Part shown: positions 35,762-47,610 of the stretch, in pieces
Numbering within the stretch: position 1 is the stretch's first letter
Layout of the letters: each line of letters starts with the position of its first letter
Assembly (NCBI GenBank): GCA_010093605.1
Contig: MU004181.1
Span: 1,426,001-1,490,000 of the forward strand
Source: Lophium mytilinum
Lineage: Eukaryota
Reading direction: 5' to 3'
Length of the DNA stretch: 64,000 bases
Made by a program: the position numbers and the translations under genes
The notes under the pieces: model-generated
The model's input: the letters and a program-made list of their open reading frames with translations, nothing else
The model's database searches: none
Told to the model about the DNA's origin: nothing

Positions 35762-38294
35762 TCAACCCGACGGCTCCTCCACTTCGTCCGGCTTCACGGC
35801 ATCGGCATCCTTCATCTCCTCGTCTTTAGCTTCCGGTGGCGCCTCGGCCTTTCGCTTCTCCTCCGCCGCCCGCTTCTGCCGCTCAAGCTCCGCCTGCTTG
35901 GCCATGGCAGCCTCTTGCTGCTTCTTCATCACCGCTTGCCGCTCTTCCTCGACCTTGTCGTTGTATCGTTGGATGATCGGGCCAGCGACAGAGCGCATCT
36001 CCTCGATCTTGCTCACGTAGACGGCCTTTGTTGTGTCGTCGCCCTCGTCATAGAGCCACTCCTATACACCTATTAGCACACCTGCACAGATACTTGACCC
36101 TGGCGATACGCCCTTACCTCGATTGCCTCAGCCTTGGCGTTGACCTTTGCCTTCTCGTCATCGTTGCAGAACTCGGCATACGTCGTGTAGATCTTGTCCT
36201 TCATGTCGTAGATGAAAGTCTCCAGGTCGTTCTTCATGTGCTCCGTGTCCTGGACAAGCTTATCCTCCATGAACATCTGGTTCTCCTTCTCCATCGCAAT
36301 CTGTTTGCTTGCTTCGTCCATGGCAGAGGTGCCAGCGGAAAGGGGAAGATCGCCCTTGCGAGCCTGCTTCTTTACCTTTCGCGTCTTCGGCTTTTCAGCC
36401 TCGTCTTTGGCGTCAACGTCCATTGCCTGTGGGTTCAAATCAATTAGCTCATCTGGCACCAAGCAAACCGCGGACGTAAGCATTACAGGAGGCACTTCAT
36501 GCTTCGACCTTTTCGAAGCGCGCTGGGGTACTGTATGCTCTGTGCTGCTGCTACGAGCACGACCATTGCTACCGTACACCTGCGCGCCGCTACTAAGGTC
36601 AGCGGAGGAATCGAGAGGACGTACATCACCATCTTTCTTCTCGCCCTCTTTTGGCGCCTCAGGTATCGGTTCCTCCACTTCCTGTTCTTCAACGTAATAG
36701 CCAGACTCGACATTCAATATGCCGTGCAGGTTCAACCTCGCTTTGAGTTTGCAGATCATGAAGTCGTCTTTAGCATCTGCCTTGACTCCCTTGACGGAAA
36801 ATCGGCCGATCCAAGGGTTCATCTTGCCCGGAAGAGTTTCTGGCTTGGCATACTTGGCCTCGAGGTCAAACGGCTGTTTCCTGTAGAATGTGAGGATTTT
36901 GGTTGACGGCATGACATTGCCCTTGTTGAAGACGGTCAGACTGGTGTCCTCGTCGGGGATGTCTGGTGACTTCTCCCAGGTGAATTCGATTGGGTAGTTG
37001 ACCATGTCGTGAATGGAGAAGTCTCGGACACGGAATACGGGTGACAAGATGGCGCAGCTAAAGGCGCATCCCCGGGCAACGGCTTCGTCCTGGTTGAGAG
37101 TGAAGGACAGAGGCTTGCCAAAGTATTCCTGAATCGCAGCCTTCAGAGAGGGTACGCGGGTGCAACCGCCAACCATCTCGATGGCGTCGATATCCTCGGG
37201 CTTCAGTTTGGCCTCCGCAAGAGCTTGTTCGATAGGTAGAGTAGCACGCTCAAGGAGCGGCTTGACGAGCTCTTCCAGCTCCTCGCGCTTGAGGAAACCT
37301 CGGACATCGACGTCATTCATGACAGACTCAATGTTCAATGGAGCCGCGGAATTTGCGGAAAGGATCTTCTTGACCTTCTCGCAACCCGCTGCAACTCGAA
37401 CACGGGCCTTTGCATTCTCGTTGATATCAATCTTGTACGTTTCCTTGAACTGCTTGGCGAAATGGTCGACCATGGCCTTGTCGAAATTACGGCCACCGAA
37501 GTGGCGGTCCCATGCAGTTGATTTGACGGCTAGTTCGCCCTTCTTGAATTCGACGACTGAGGCAGTGTAGTTGCTGTGTCCAATATCAACGAAACAAACG
37601 CGCCTAGGCTTCTCTTCTGGGCCTGGGAGATCCAGTTTTGTGATACCGTATCCCAAAGCCGTAGCGGTGGTGTCGTTGATGAGACGTAGGCACTTGAGGC
37701 CGGCAATCTCGGCGGCATCGAGCAGACTCCGGCGTTGTGTGTCGGTGTACCAGGCAGGGCAGCTGAGAACCACGTCGGTGACGGGAAGTTTTAGTTCAGC
37801 GGACGCAGTGGCCTTTGCCTTTGTCAAGAACATGGCTACCACTTGGGTCGCCGTGAACTGCTCGGTCTTGCCCAGATACTTGACTTCTGCCCCGACCTGG
37901 CCATTGATATCGACCAGGTTCGCCGACACATAGTCCTTCTCTATCTGAACATCGGGGTCCTTCAGAGATCGACCCGCTAATCTTGTGAGGGAGCTGACGG
38001 TGTTCTTGAGGTTGGAGATTTCCTGGTTCTTCGCGGCCTCGCCGATGTATCTGCTCTTGGGGCCGAATCCAACCAGGGTGCTGACAGAGCGCGTTAGCAT
38101 CAAGCTTCTTGGTGGGCTGAGGATTTGACACCTACGGGGTAGCGCGGTTTGACACTTCGTTCGTGATCTATAGGGTATTAGCAGATGCCAGAGAAGAGCG
38201 CAAAGCGTGCTACACGTACGACATCGACGCCTCTGTTCCTCGCGACCGCAATCACGGTGTTGAGCGTCCCCAAATCTATGCCAACGACACTCAT
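35762..38294 (-). CDS. hsp88: Hsp110-family chaperone Hsp88/Sse1
   Basis: ATG 38294 gives MSVVGIDLGT..TVIAVARNRGVDV; also LRLINDTTA.ALGYGITKLDLP, EMVGGCTRVP, TLNQDEAVARG and KLKARLNLHG. Confidence 0.95.
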
Positions 38295-38452
38295 GTTGCC
38301 GGTTCCTTCGAGGCGTGGAAAGACTGTGTTTAGGATGGATGAGGGTCTGAGAACGGTGTAAGCGTGTGTGGTGTAGCGAGGGAAGGATTGGGGGCGCGCA
38401 AGTCACCTTTGTGATGGTGTTTTGAGGCCAGGTTCAAGGCTACAATTTTCTA

Positions 38453-38467
38453 GTTCTAGATATTTCG
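38453..38467. promoter_or_regulatory. Putative heat-shock element in the divergent hsp88/CENP-L promoter
   Basis: gTTCt-aGATa-tTTCg forms three alternating nGAAn pentamers with one mismatch, about 160 bp upstream of the hsp88 ATG. Confidence 0.5.
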
Positions 38468-38732
38468 AGCAGTTTCTCCCACGCCGGCTGCGTTGGCGGG
38501 GCAGTGGCGGTGCGGGAAATTCCGTGGCGCACCGCACAAGCCTCAACACCACCTAACCACAACGTAAACACATCACAACATCACCGTCGATGCAGCGAGG
38601 GCCAGGCCGAACACTCACTTCAAACACCTCCGTATACTCACGCGATCAATGCACTCGTGATTCTTCTTCAACGCGCACCCGTACGCGTCAACACTTCCCC
38701 CGCCAATCCTGACGCGCTTCACTCACCACGCC

Positions 38733-40013
38733 ATGGAGGAGGATATCCCCCCGTATCCTCTATACAACTCGACCTACCACCTGTATCGCGTCTCGCCACT
38801 CTACCATGGGGACTCGCCAATACTACAAGAGCGCGCCCTCCAGAAAAATGCGCGCCGGCTTCGGGATGTCCTCAAGGGCGATAATCTCCGTGGCGTGCAA
38901 GTCGATTTCGCAAGCGCCGACTCAGCTGTCGCCAATTGCGGGCCTCTCAACGAATGCGAATGGACCATGATCGGAGACGAGTCATCGTGGGATGACTACC
39001 ACCAACAATCACAATCTGAGGAGTCAACTCAATCTGTGACACCAGACACAGCGCGAGGGATCGCGGTGGACCTCTACTATGCCAGACACTCATACAATGC
39101 GCTTCTGTTACGTGATCCTGGAGTCACTACCTCGCCAGCAGACTTCACACACTTCCCCCTGCTCCTCGTCCGAATGCCTGCCCCGATCCGGGAGATATTC
39201 CTAAACTACCTTGCTACGACGTTCGACGCGAAAGTCTCGCCCTTCAAACCGAGCCCCACGTTCCTCACCTCGACCCTCGAATCCCACCTCACACATCTTA
39301 CGGACCCCTCGTCGAGTCAAACAATACCAGATATTATCAAAGTGTTGCAGCTGCAGCTCAGCTTTCCAACTCTGACATCCACCTCCCTCAAAAACATCGA
39401 CATCAACATCGCCCGCGAAGACATTCCTGGCTTTCGTACCAGAGGCGGATTGATACTACGGGAAAGTCGCACTCAACCTAGAACACGATCCATAAATAGC
39501 AACACGCCTTTCATGGCAGCCCTTTCCGAATATCTAGTAGCGCATCTTGCGCTTCGACTGGGCGATAACAAGAATGTCTATATCTCCAAGGTAGCTTGTG
39601 GAGCCTTTGCGCTCTCCACAGACGGGAAAATAAAGCTCTATACACCCCCTCCTGTCACTGCGGGCGGGTCTGAGGACGGTAATGTTCCTACGGACTACTC
39701 GGCTGCTGAGCTGGCGATGCGCGATCTTTACGCTTCTTTAGTTCGCGAGGCTACACGGCAAGGCCCCTTCTTGAATGAAGATGCTGGCGTAGAGGATGCT
39801 CGGACAATGAGGCGAAAGCGTCCCCTGACGGAGGCGGGAGCTTCTGGGAATAAGCGGTTGCGAGGACGGACTGCGGATGCGGACAGAGCGGCTTCGGAGA
39901 CAGCGGGAGCGCCAAAGACAGGGAGAGACAGTATACCTGCTGAGCCACCCCCACCGTACGAATTGCATGATCCGTCATTGGTGTCGACTGCTGTGTCGAA
40001 CACATCGAGATGA
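38733..40013 (+). CDS. Kinetochore protein CENP-L / Sim4-complex subunit Fta1
   Basis: YPLYNSTY.LYRVSPLY N-terminus, LRDVLKGDNLRGVQV, FPLLLVRMP..IRE.FLNYLATTFD and ISKVACGAFALS.DGKIK. Confidence 0.75.
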   Translation: MEEDIPPYPLYNSTYHLYRVSPLYHGDSPILQERALQKNARRLRDVLKGDNLRGVQVDFASADSAVANCGPLNECEWTMIGDESSWDDYHQQSQSEESTQSVTPDTARGIAVDLYYARHSYNALLLRDPGVTTSPADFTHFPLLLVRMPAPIREIFLNYLATTFDAKVSPFKPSPTFLTSTLESHLTHLTDPSSSQTIPDIIKVLQLQLSFPTLTSTSLKNIDINIAREDIPGFRTRGGLILRESRTQPRTRSINSNTPFMAALSEYLVAHLALRLGDNKNVYISKVACGAFALSTDGKIKLYTPPPVTAGGSEDGNVPTDYSAAELAMRDLYASLVREATRQGPFLNEDAGVEDARTMRRKRPLTEAGASGNKRLRGRTADADRAASETAGAPKTGRDSIPAEPPPPYELHDPSLVSTAVSNTSR

Positions 40014-40260
40014 TCGGCTGTACGTGTCGATAAAGTAGTATACCTCAGGATGGGTTCCGTCTGATTATTATACCCAAATACCCTTCCGGATTCAATCTAG
40101 TCATCTTGCATTTGTAGTAGTAATGGGCTCTATGGGCTTCACGTTTTATGATCGAGAGTTCACGTGCTAATAGCATGGATACAGCCTAGTAGGCTACTAT
40201 ATCAGAAGATTATCTACATTCAGATGGAAAATTTACAACTACATGTGAATCTTTGCGTCC

Positions 40261-43021
40261 CTATTCATTGGTCTTCTTTGTGTCCTGCTGAGCATCAAAT
40301 GCCGCTTTCTCCATCTTGTACCTCATCTGATCTACTTTGGCGAGATGTTGGTAATGCTCCAAATCTTCGGTTGAGAGCGCTCTGTACAGCTTGCCAATCG
40401 CCTTACCGATTTCACCTGTGTAGCGAGAGCGTTAGCGTTATATACGAGCCAACGAATGACTGTTACGAGGAGGTTTCAGTGCAAAGAGACTTACCAAACT
40501 TCAAATCGGGATTCTTCTTCCTGACCTCATCTCTAACTTCAGCCGCAAAGATCATATACGCCGAAATCGGTCGCCGCGGCTTCTTCAGATGCGTCTGCGG
40601 GTCTGCTGACTCCGCATGCGCCTCCAGCTCCTTGCTCGCCTCCTGCTGACGATCCTCGGGCATGATCCAGTGATACCCCCCAAAAACGTCCTTCTTCCAA
40701 ACCTTTGCGTCTTCCGCGGCTCTATGTTCCATCTCAGCCTCGCGCCACTGCCACCTCGTGCCCTCTTGTTCCGCTTTGAATTGGCGGATAGCTTTACGCA
40801 AATCCCACAATGATCCCCATTTATTGTGCAGGATACTTTCTTGTCCGGTCTCCTCGTCCGCCCTGCGCCACTTCGAATTCTTGAAAGGACGGTCCTTAGA
40901 ATCATGGTCGGTAATGTACCGATAGACCTTCCCATCCTGCTCTTTAATGCGCCACACGACATCATCACCGCCAAAAGGAACGCCCCCGAGCCAATCCGCA
41001 CCACGCATGTCGCAGGTAGCGTACATATAGTGCGCAATCTCAAGAGCGGATGTCTCAACGTTGGAAGCAGGATCCTCCTTCTTCAGTTGACGCAAGTACC
41101 AAAGCGGTGTCACGTCCGAGCCGCCGCCGCTGCCTACCATATATTGCCACATACACGGCGCACAGATGCCGTTCTTGAGTTCTTCCTGCCATTTCGGAAG
41201 CTCCTTGCGAAGAGCGTCGTATTCTGGTGTGCCAAAGCCTTTGAGGACTGCTGCGCTGACCACAGGAGGTATGGGTGTTGCGTCGAGAGCGGCAATTCGC
41301 TGGAACATCTCGTCGCGGAATACGGAGGCGGAAGGACGTTTATAGGCCCAGGAGGTGAGGTTGAGGGATGTGAGTACTGGGGCGCATTGCTGCTTACTCC
41401 GTTCTTCTTTTATGCATACGTTCGAGTGGGTATGGTGAGCGTCTACCCATGCGTCTAAGAATGGCTTTAAGATGGGAGTATTGCGGGTTTCGGGCCTCAT
41501 GCAGGACCTTATCAGACTAGGTTCTTGGTTGAGCGCATCAGTGCATTCGGGGCTGCAATAAGATCTCAAAAGACCATTGGGATCCTTGATCATTGGGTCC
41601 AACGTGGTGGTATTGAGATAGAGGTAGCAGGGAAGAGACTGGATTTTAGCCGCGAGGTCATCGAGACATTGCAGTGTAAGCTGGAGATTCTCTGGTTCGA
41701 TCTCTGGGAACGCCGAATGATTTTTACGAATGGCCGCTGCAGTTGATTCAATGGTCTTGATAGGTTCGTCGCCCCGATCTGGTCCATTGCGGATGAGGTA
41801 TGCTAAGTCGCCGGATGGCAATAATTCCCAGTCTTCTGTCATAAGCTTTTTGTCTTGGTAATTCTTGATGGCTTGGTCATAGATACGGTTCCACTCGGTC
41901 GCTTCGCATCGCTGTCCGGCGTCCTTTATCCTGCGGACGTACTCTGGCAAGGACACAGGCAAGCCGCTGTCAGGGCTGATGACCGAGCCCTCCTCCCAGC
42001 CGTTCAAGTGGTTCTCAAACCAGGACAGCATACACCATCCACAGCTTGTCGAGCCGACACCAGGGCCATACGTGCGTGCAGGGGCCTTGAACCTGTACTT
42101 CTTCGTCCAGCCGCCATCGGTGCCGGAACCTCGACTCCCAGACTTCCAGCCGCCGGCTTCTCGCATAGGCCGCTCGGTTTTCTTCAGGAACTGGTCAATG
42201 CCCTCCAAGGAGCCAAAGTTGATGCCATCTAATATGAAAAATCGCTCGTTGAGCTCGATCATACAGGAGCCGTTTTCGTATTCGCTATCACCGATTTTGC
42301 TCTGTCGGCATGTATGCGTATTGCGACGACGCAGTAATTCGATGGCTTCGACGGGCCCTGCCTCCAGAAAGGTGGTATTGAACATGCCCTGATACCCTTC
42401 AATGTTGAAGGATGCTCCAGAGCACGCAGCTATAACAGATTCAACAGCGCTTTCCAATGCAGACTTGCATTTCGGTTCACACAGCTGGGGAACGTATCGC
42501 ATTGGGTCCGGTTCGAAGAAAGACAAGTGCTTTCCAGCATCCCACCCTCGGTTGAAAATCTTCTCGTGACAAGGGACCGAAGAGAGTGCCGCCCATGCTG
42601 ATTGACATTCCGCGTTCTCCGAGACAATTGGTGGATAAAGGCTTGGGAAATCGAGCGCCCAGTTGACAGCCTTAGGACCGGACTTAGATTTCGGTGTCGG
42701 CTTGTAGTTTGAGAGAGTCTCGCTGTGGCGTGCGTGGACTTTGCGGAGGAAGAGCAGGAAGAAGCCAAAGAGAAGAACGACAACACACAACGCCACAACG
42801 GCAATGCGGAGAACGGTCCATGCGGAATGCGGGTTTGGGTTTATAACAGGATCATCGTCGTCCTCGTCGTCTAGATTATCATAGTTTATGTTGAAGTCCA
42901 AGTTGAGGGCTTCGGATTCATCTCGAGGCGCTGCTGGCTCATCCGGGGTATCGGTGTAGGGGGCGAGGCTAATAATCTCAGCCTCGCCTAGAATGCGTGC
43001 TTCTCCTTTCGCCCCGTCCAT
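40261..43021 (-). CDS. Hypothetical protein: N-terminal TM helix, Cys-rich body and C-terminal Nhp6-like HMG box (intron 40416-40494)
   Basis: 852-codon open frame. TM IAVVALCVVVLLFGFFLLFL. Spliced C-terminus KKPRRPISAYMIFAAEVRDEVRKKNPDLKF-GEIGKAIGKLYRALSTEDLEHYQHLAKVDQMRYKMEK. Confidence 0.75.
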
Positions 43022-44333
43022 ACTTCATAGACGATGCACGAAGGGAAAGAGAACGAGGAGAGCGACCGACATTGGAAAAGGTACGCACTTTGTCTTGGCG
43101 ACGGATCGGATGGATAGGCGGCAACAACCCGAAATAGACACGCTAGGGGCCGTTTACGCCCCTGAAATCATGCCATGCCACCCAGCTCGTTTTACGAGGC
43201 AAAATCTCGATAGCGCCGGTACGGCCGTACATACACTGTCGGAGCGCAGACTCACGAAAGGTTAAATTGAAGTAAACCCAGCAATACGTGCATTCATTAA
43301 ACGAACCATCGCGGCGAGTATTACCAGCGAGAAGCTTCAAAATCCTAGACCGTAGATGACCCATGACAAGTCACTGTGATGAGTCTGGCTAGGGCTTACG
43401 CCTCGAATCTAACCAACCCTTTTGCGCTAGGCGCTGTTTCAAGGCTAACACTCAGCCTTGACAGGTCGTTTAGGAAAGCTCGCTTGTTTACCACCAGTCT
43501 CCCGCACCGGAGTCATCAGGAAGGTCATTGTCAACCCCATAAAGTGAATCGAAAGGTACCCTCAAGTCAATGAGAGGCTATAGTAAAGATCCACGGAACG
43601 AATGAGAGACGTCTTCCTCCAGGATGCACAGTATCTTCGCAGGAACTCCCTGGACATGATACCATATACAAAGGACTGTGTATCCGCTTTCTTCGACGGA
43701 CATTCCCAGGTGGCTGTTCTTACACATCTCGGTTATCTCTATCTAACAGCTACGAGGCAGGTTCCCTGAACAGCACCCTCACAATCACGTACCGCGTACC
43801 GCAATTAGCATTATTCATAGCCTTCTTATGTTGTCTGGTAAGTAGGCCGGCAATCGCTTCTAACCCTGTCTGCTTAAATCACCCGAATGACTTGGCTTAT
43901 GTTTTTAGGATCTTGCGAGATCCTTTGCACGTTCTCTCTAAACTTTATTTTTCTCTTCCTTTTGGTTTTGCCATTGTATGTACACCCTGTCCGATTCCTA
44001 GTGCCGACTCTTCCCTACCTAACCACCTTCCTTTTCTGGTGCTGCATCTCTCTATCTCTCTTGGCTTGATCATCGTTCAGTTTCTCCGCAAAATTCAACC
44101 CAGAAACTGACTGGCGTAAGTCCTGTCCCAAAAAAGAAACCTAGTAATGACCTCACTTAAAAGAGGGGGTGCAGTGTTCCTTGATCGAATGATGTCAATT
44201 GGTTATATCAATCACCGCCCGCGGCATCCATGCTAAGGTATTTCGTACCTGCGGAATGGACACTCAGTAGCCGGCGAAGCTCCTTCAACCTCACTCCACC
44301 ACTTCCTTCCATATAATCGAGGTGCTCGTCGCT

Positions 44334-45827
44334 ATGCATCTCACTATTCCGTTCATGTGCTCTCTCACTGTATGCGCCTATTCTTCGAGCCTCCCCTGGC
44401 CGAGAGGCCTACCCTTGCCAATTGCTGCAAACAACAGCGACTATACGTCATGTGCCGATGCAGCATGGCCTCCTTCAGAAGTCGGCATGGAGTTAGTCCC
44501 TCGGGCACCAGACGATGAATTGCAAGAGATGCTAGCTGAAGTCGATCATGAGCGGGTCAAAGCTATCATAGAGAAGCTTGTTTCTTTCGGAACTCGCCAT
44601 ACTTTGTCTAACCAGACGGATCCATGGCGAGGAATTGGTGCTGCTCGTGACTGGATAGCTTCCGAGATGCGAGGGTTCGCTGCGACTTCTGATGGCAGGA
44701 TGAGCGTTGCAGTCCCTGGCTACGTTCAGGGCGTTGCGTCGCGCATCCTCTTCCCCACTCTCATTAGCAATGTGGTAGCCACTCTGAAAGGATCCACTGA
44801 TCCTTCACGCGTGTACGTGATCACAGGGCATTACGATAGCAGAGTAACCGACGTTCTCAACTTTTTCAGTGATGCTCCAGGCGCTGATGATGACGCATCC
44901 GGCGTGGCAGGTACCACTTCCCTGTATGACTGTGATCTATTATCCGCTTATATCGCTCTAGTCATGATGGAGTTATGCCGAGTTATGGCATCCAAGAAGC
45001 CAAAAGCAACGATCATATTTGGCGCCGTCGCTGGCGAGGAACAGGGTCTCTACGGATCTGCCTTTCTAGCACAGACCCTCAAGAATGCCAGTACAAATGT
45101 GGAAGGGATGCTGAACAATGACATTGTGGGATCCTCTACGGGAGATCGTAAGCAGAAAGACCCATTTACCATCCGGGTCTTCGCTCAAGGGCCGCCTCTC
45201 ACCGAATCGACGGCGAAGACTGCGCAACGCCTAACCATAGGCGCAGAAAATGACTCGCCAGCAAGAGAACTTGCTAGATTTTCCACAGAGGTCGCGGCAA
45301 ATAATGCGACTGGTATGGACATCGCCATTGTTTATCGTTTGGATCGATATCTCCGAGGAGGTGATCACAGCTCTTTTCTCCAGCAAGGATATGCAGCAGT
45401 ACGATACACCGAACCGAACGAGAACTTCGCCCATCAGCATCAAGATGTTCGAATAGAGGACGGTGTCCAGTTCGGGGACCTTCCAGAATTCGTTGACTAC
45501 GAATACGTCGCCAGGGTCGCTCGAGTGAACCTGGCTACCATGTGGTCCCTGGCGAATGCTCCAGGAATCGTGCAGAATGTGACAGTAAACTCCACGCTTC
45601 TCAGCAACGATAGCCAGTTCTCGTGGCTTAGCAGTAATGATACCAGCCTCCATGGATACGAGATCGTCTGGAGACCAACGACTGCACCTCTCTGGACCCA
45701 CATGGTTCCGGTCGGCAAGGTTAATACCGTCACTCTCCCACTGAGTAAAGATAACGTCTTGTTTGGTGTCCGGGCGGTTGGGTCAAATGGGTATAAATCT
45801 CCGGCGGTTATTCCTTTTCCAGGGTAG
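44334..45827 (+). CDS. Secreted M28 family zinc metallopeptidase (intron 44911-44961)
   Basis: Signal peptide, LVSFGTRHTLS, GHYDSR, PGADDDASG, AGEEQGLYG, NNDIVG, GGDH and HQHQD. Confidence 0.92.
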   Translation: MHLTIPFMCSLTVCAYSSSLPWPRGLPLPIAANNSDYTSCADAAWPPSEVGMELVPRAPDDELQEMLAEVDHERVKAIIEKLVSFGTRHTLSNQTDPWRGIGAARDWIASEMRGFAATSDGRMSVAVPGYVQGVASRILFPTLISNVVATLKGSTDPSRVYVITGHYDSRVTDVLNFFSDAPGADDDASGVAGTTSLYDCDLLSAYIALVMMELCRVMASKKPKATIIFGAVAGEEQGLYGSAFLAQTLKNASTNVEGMLNNDIVGSSTGDRKQKDPFTIRVFAQGPPLTESTAKTAQRLTIGAENDSPARELARFSTEVAANNATGMDIAIVYRLDRYLRGGDHSSFLQQGYAAVRYTEPNENFAHQHQDVRIEDGVQFGDLPEFVDYEYVARVARVNLATMWSLANAPGIVQNVTVNSTLLSNDSQFSWLSSNDTSLHGYEIVWRPTTAPLWTHMVPVGKVNTVTLPLSKDNVLFGVRAVGSNGYKSPAVIPFPG

Positions 45828-46630
45828 TCCAGGTTCATATATCAAAGGTCTCGTCGCATCAGTTGAAGTAAAAGGAAGTTCGCCGACGACAAGAAATCGA
45901 GAAATTCGCATGAGCTCCTTCAAGGCATAAAAGATCAATGCCTATATAGTTGCAGTGGAAGCTACGTTTACGATGATATGATCTCCTGATCTTCGAGGCT
46001 CTGATGAACATGTCTGTTCTGGTGCCGCGTTGAAAATCTAGATTAAAGCCACAAATTTTTGAAATGTAGAGTCACAGGTGAGCCGGTCAAAAGTCTGCAG
46101 GATCCCACCGTAATCCGGAAGCATATACGATATACGAAGATGCTTATGAATTAGCGAATTGCAAAACGACGCTATGCCACTAATAGACTTAGTTTCTGAC
46201 TCACTGTGAACCTCACACCAGCATCCAATCCCAAGTCCACCACCACCACCGCGCGGCTAAGCCCCCTGGTTTCCTCAAAGGTGATGCGCTCAACGGGCCA
46301 AACCTCAGCCCTTGTGACTCTTCGTGGCTTGCGCTATAAGGTTACTGCATGCGATGGCCTCGTCAGGCTGCTGCGCCTACAACGCCGGTGACTGTTCTAT
46401 ACACCGCGCCCTATTACAACGCACCGCGAGAAGGTAAGGAGACGAGTATATTAAGAAGCATTGTGTTTCCTTTCGGAAAGACAATTCCATCAACCACCAT
46501 CGCACGCCTATCAGAACTGAACAGTTCTTCCCATTTCAAGACGAGTCTATTACGTTTCTTCTCTCTCCTCTCCTCAACTAAACACCATTCCATCCATCTA
46601 TCAATCCAATCAGTCTCGAAAAACTTCGCC

Positions 46631-46846
46631 ATGCCTCTAAATGCCTCCGAGAAGACATCAGCCCCCGATTCTGCGTCGGTGAAGTCGACATCCACCACTT
46701 CGTCCGCAACATACCTCCTCAAATCGATGTTCCGGTCAGATCGGACCGCAACGAAGATGCAACCTCCCAAGGGATCGCCCGCCGTCAAAGCTCAGCGGGC
46801 TGCCGCTGCCGCTGAGGCTAGGGCCATATATATGTCATCCCGGTGA
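46631..46846 (+). CDS. Small (71 aa) hypothetical protein
   Basis: Good start context (GCC ATG) after a pyrimidine-rich leader. Sequence D.ASVKSTSTTSS...EARAIYMSSR. Confidence 0.55.
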   Translation: MPLNASEKTSAPDSASVKSTSTTSSATYLLKSMFRSDRTATKMQPPKGSPAVKAQRAAAAAEARAIYMSSR

Positions 46847-47610
46847 GGATTTTTATGTCCAGCATACGCCATTACCACAGCCGCTACTCCTATGAACCGG
46901 TACCACTTTGGTAGTGCGCGATGCTTGCGGCAAACGATCGATATGGCTGGTACCCACTAGCGGTATCGAAGCCAGCGCGAAACGGAACCTACGACGTCCT
47001 TCCATATGGGTCTGAATTTGGCGGACGGATATACCAATGGCATGGAAGCATTTGGGAGAGTTGAAATGGCGTTCCGGTTTGGGTTCAGTCATATTTCGCG
47101 CCTTTTCTATGTCATTCTATATACTTCAACTTCTAATAATCATCTAAGTCCCATCATCAATCTCTTCTAACTCTCAATTTACCCCATGGTGCTCACGGAT
47201 ATATGCTACTCATTACGAAGAGCTACCAATGGTGACCCTCTTCATGTCTGAAGGAACTCAAAGATGCTACAAAACCGGTGTTCCCAGTGGTGATTGCCAG
47301 GTTACGATAGTGAATCGGAGAACATCTTCTAGCTTCCCGCACCAATGCTTCCCCGTACCGGCGATTTCCTCCCGATACTATCCTCACCGCCCTTCCCGCG
47401 CACACTCCTTGATTCCACGTGCGCTTGCGTTTTGGTTATCGGCAGGTCTATAACTCGCTGTTGGCCAACGTGTCGACCTCCATCTTTCTTCAACCTCATC
47501 AAATTACCCACCACTTCTGCTGGCACCCGCACGCCATCACCGCAGTCGACTCCTGTACACCATCAAACTGCTGCACACCTTAGTTTGAGAAACGTTGTGT
47601 ACTCGGCATC

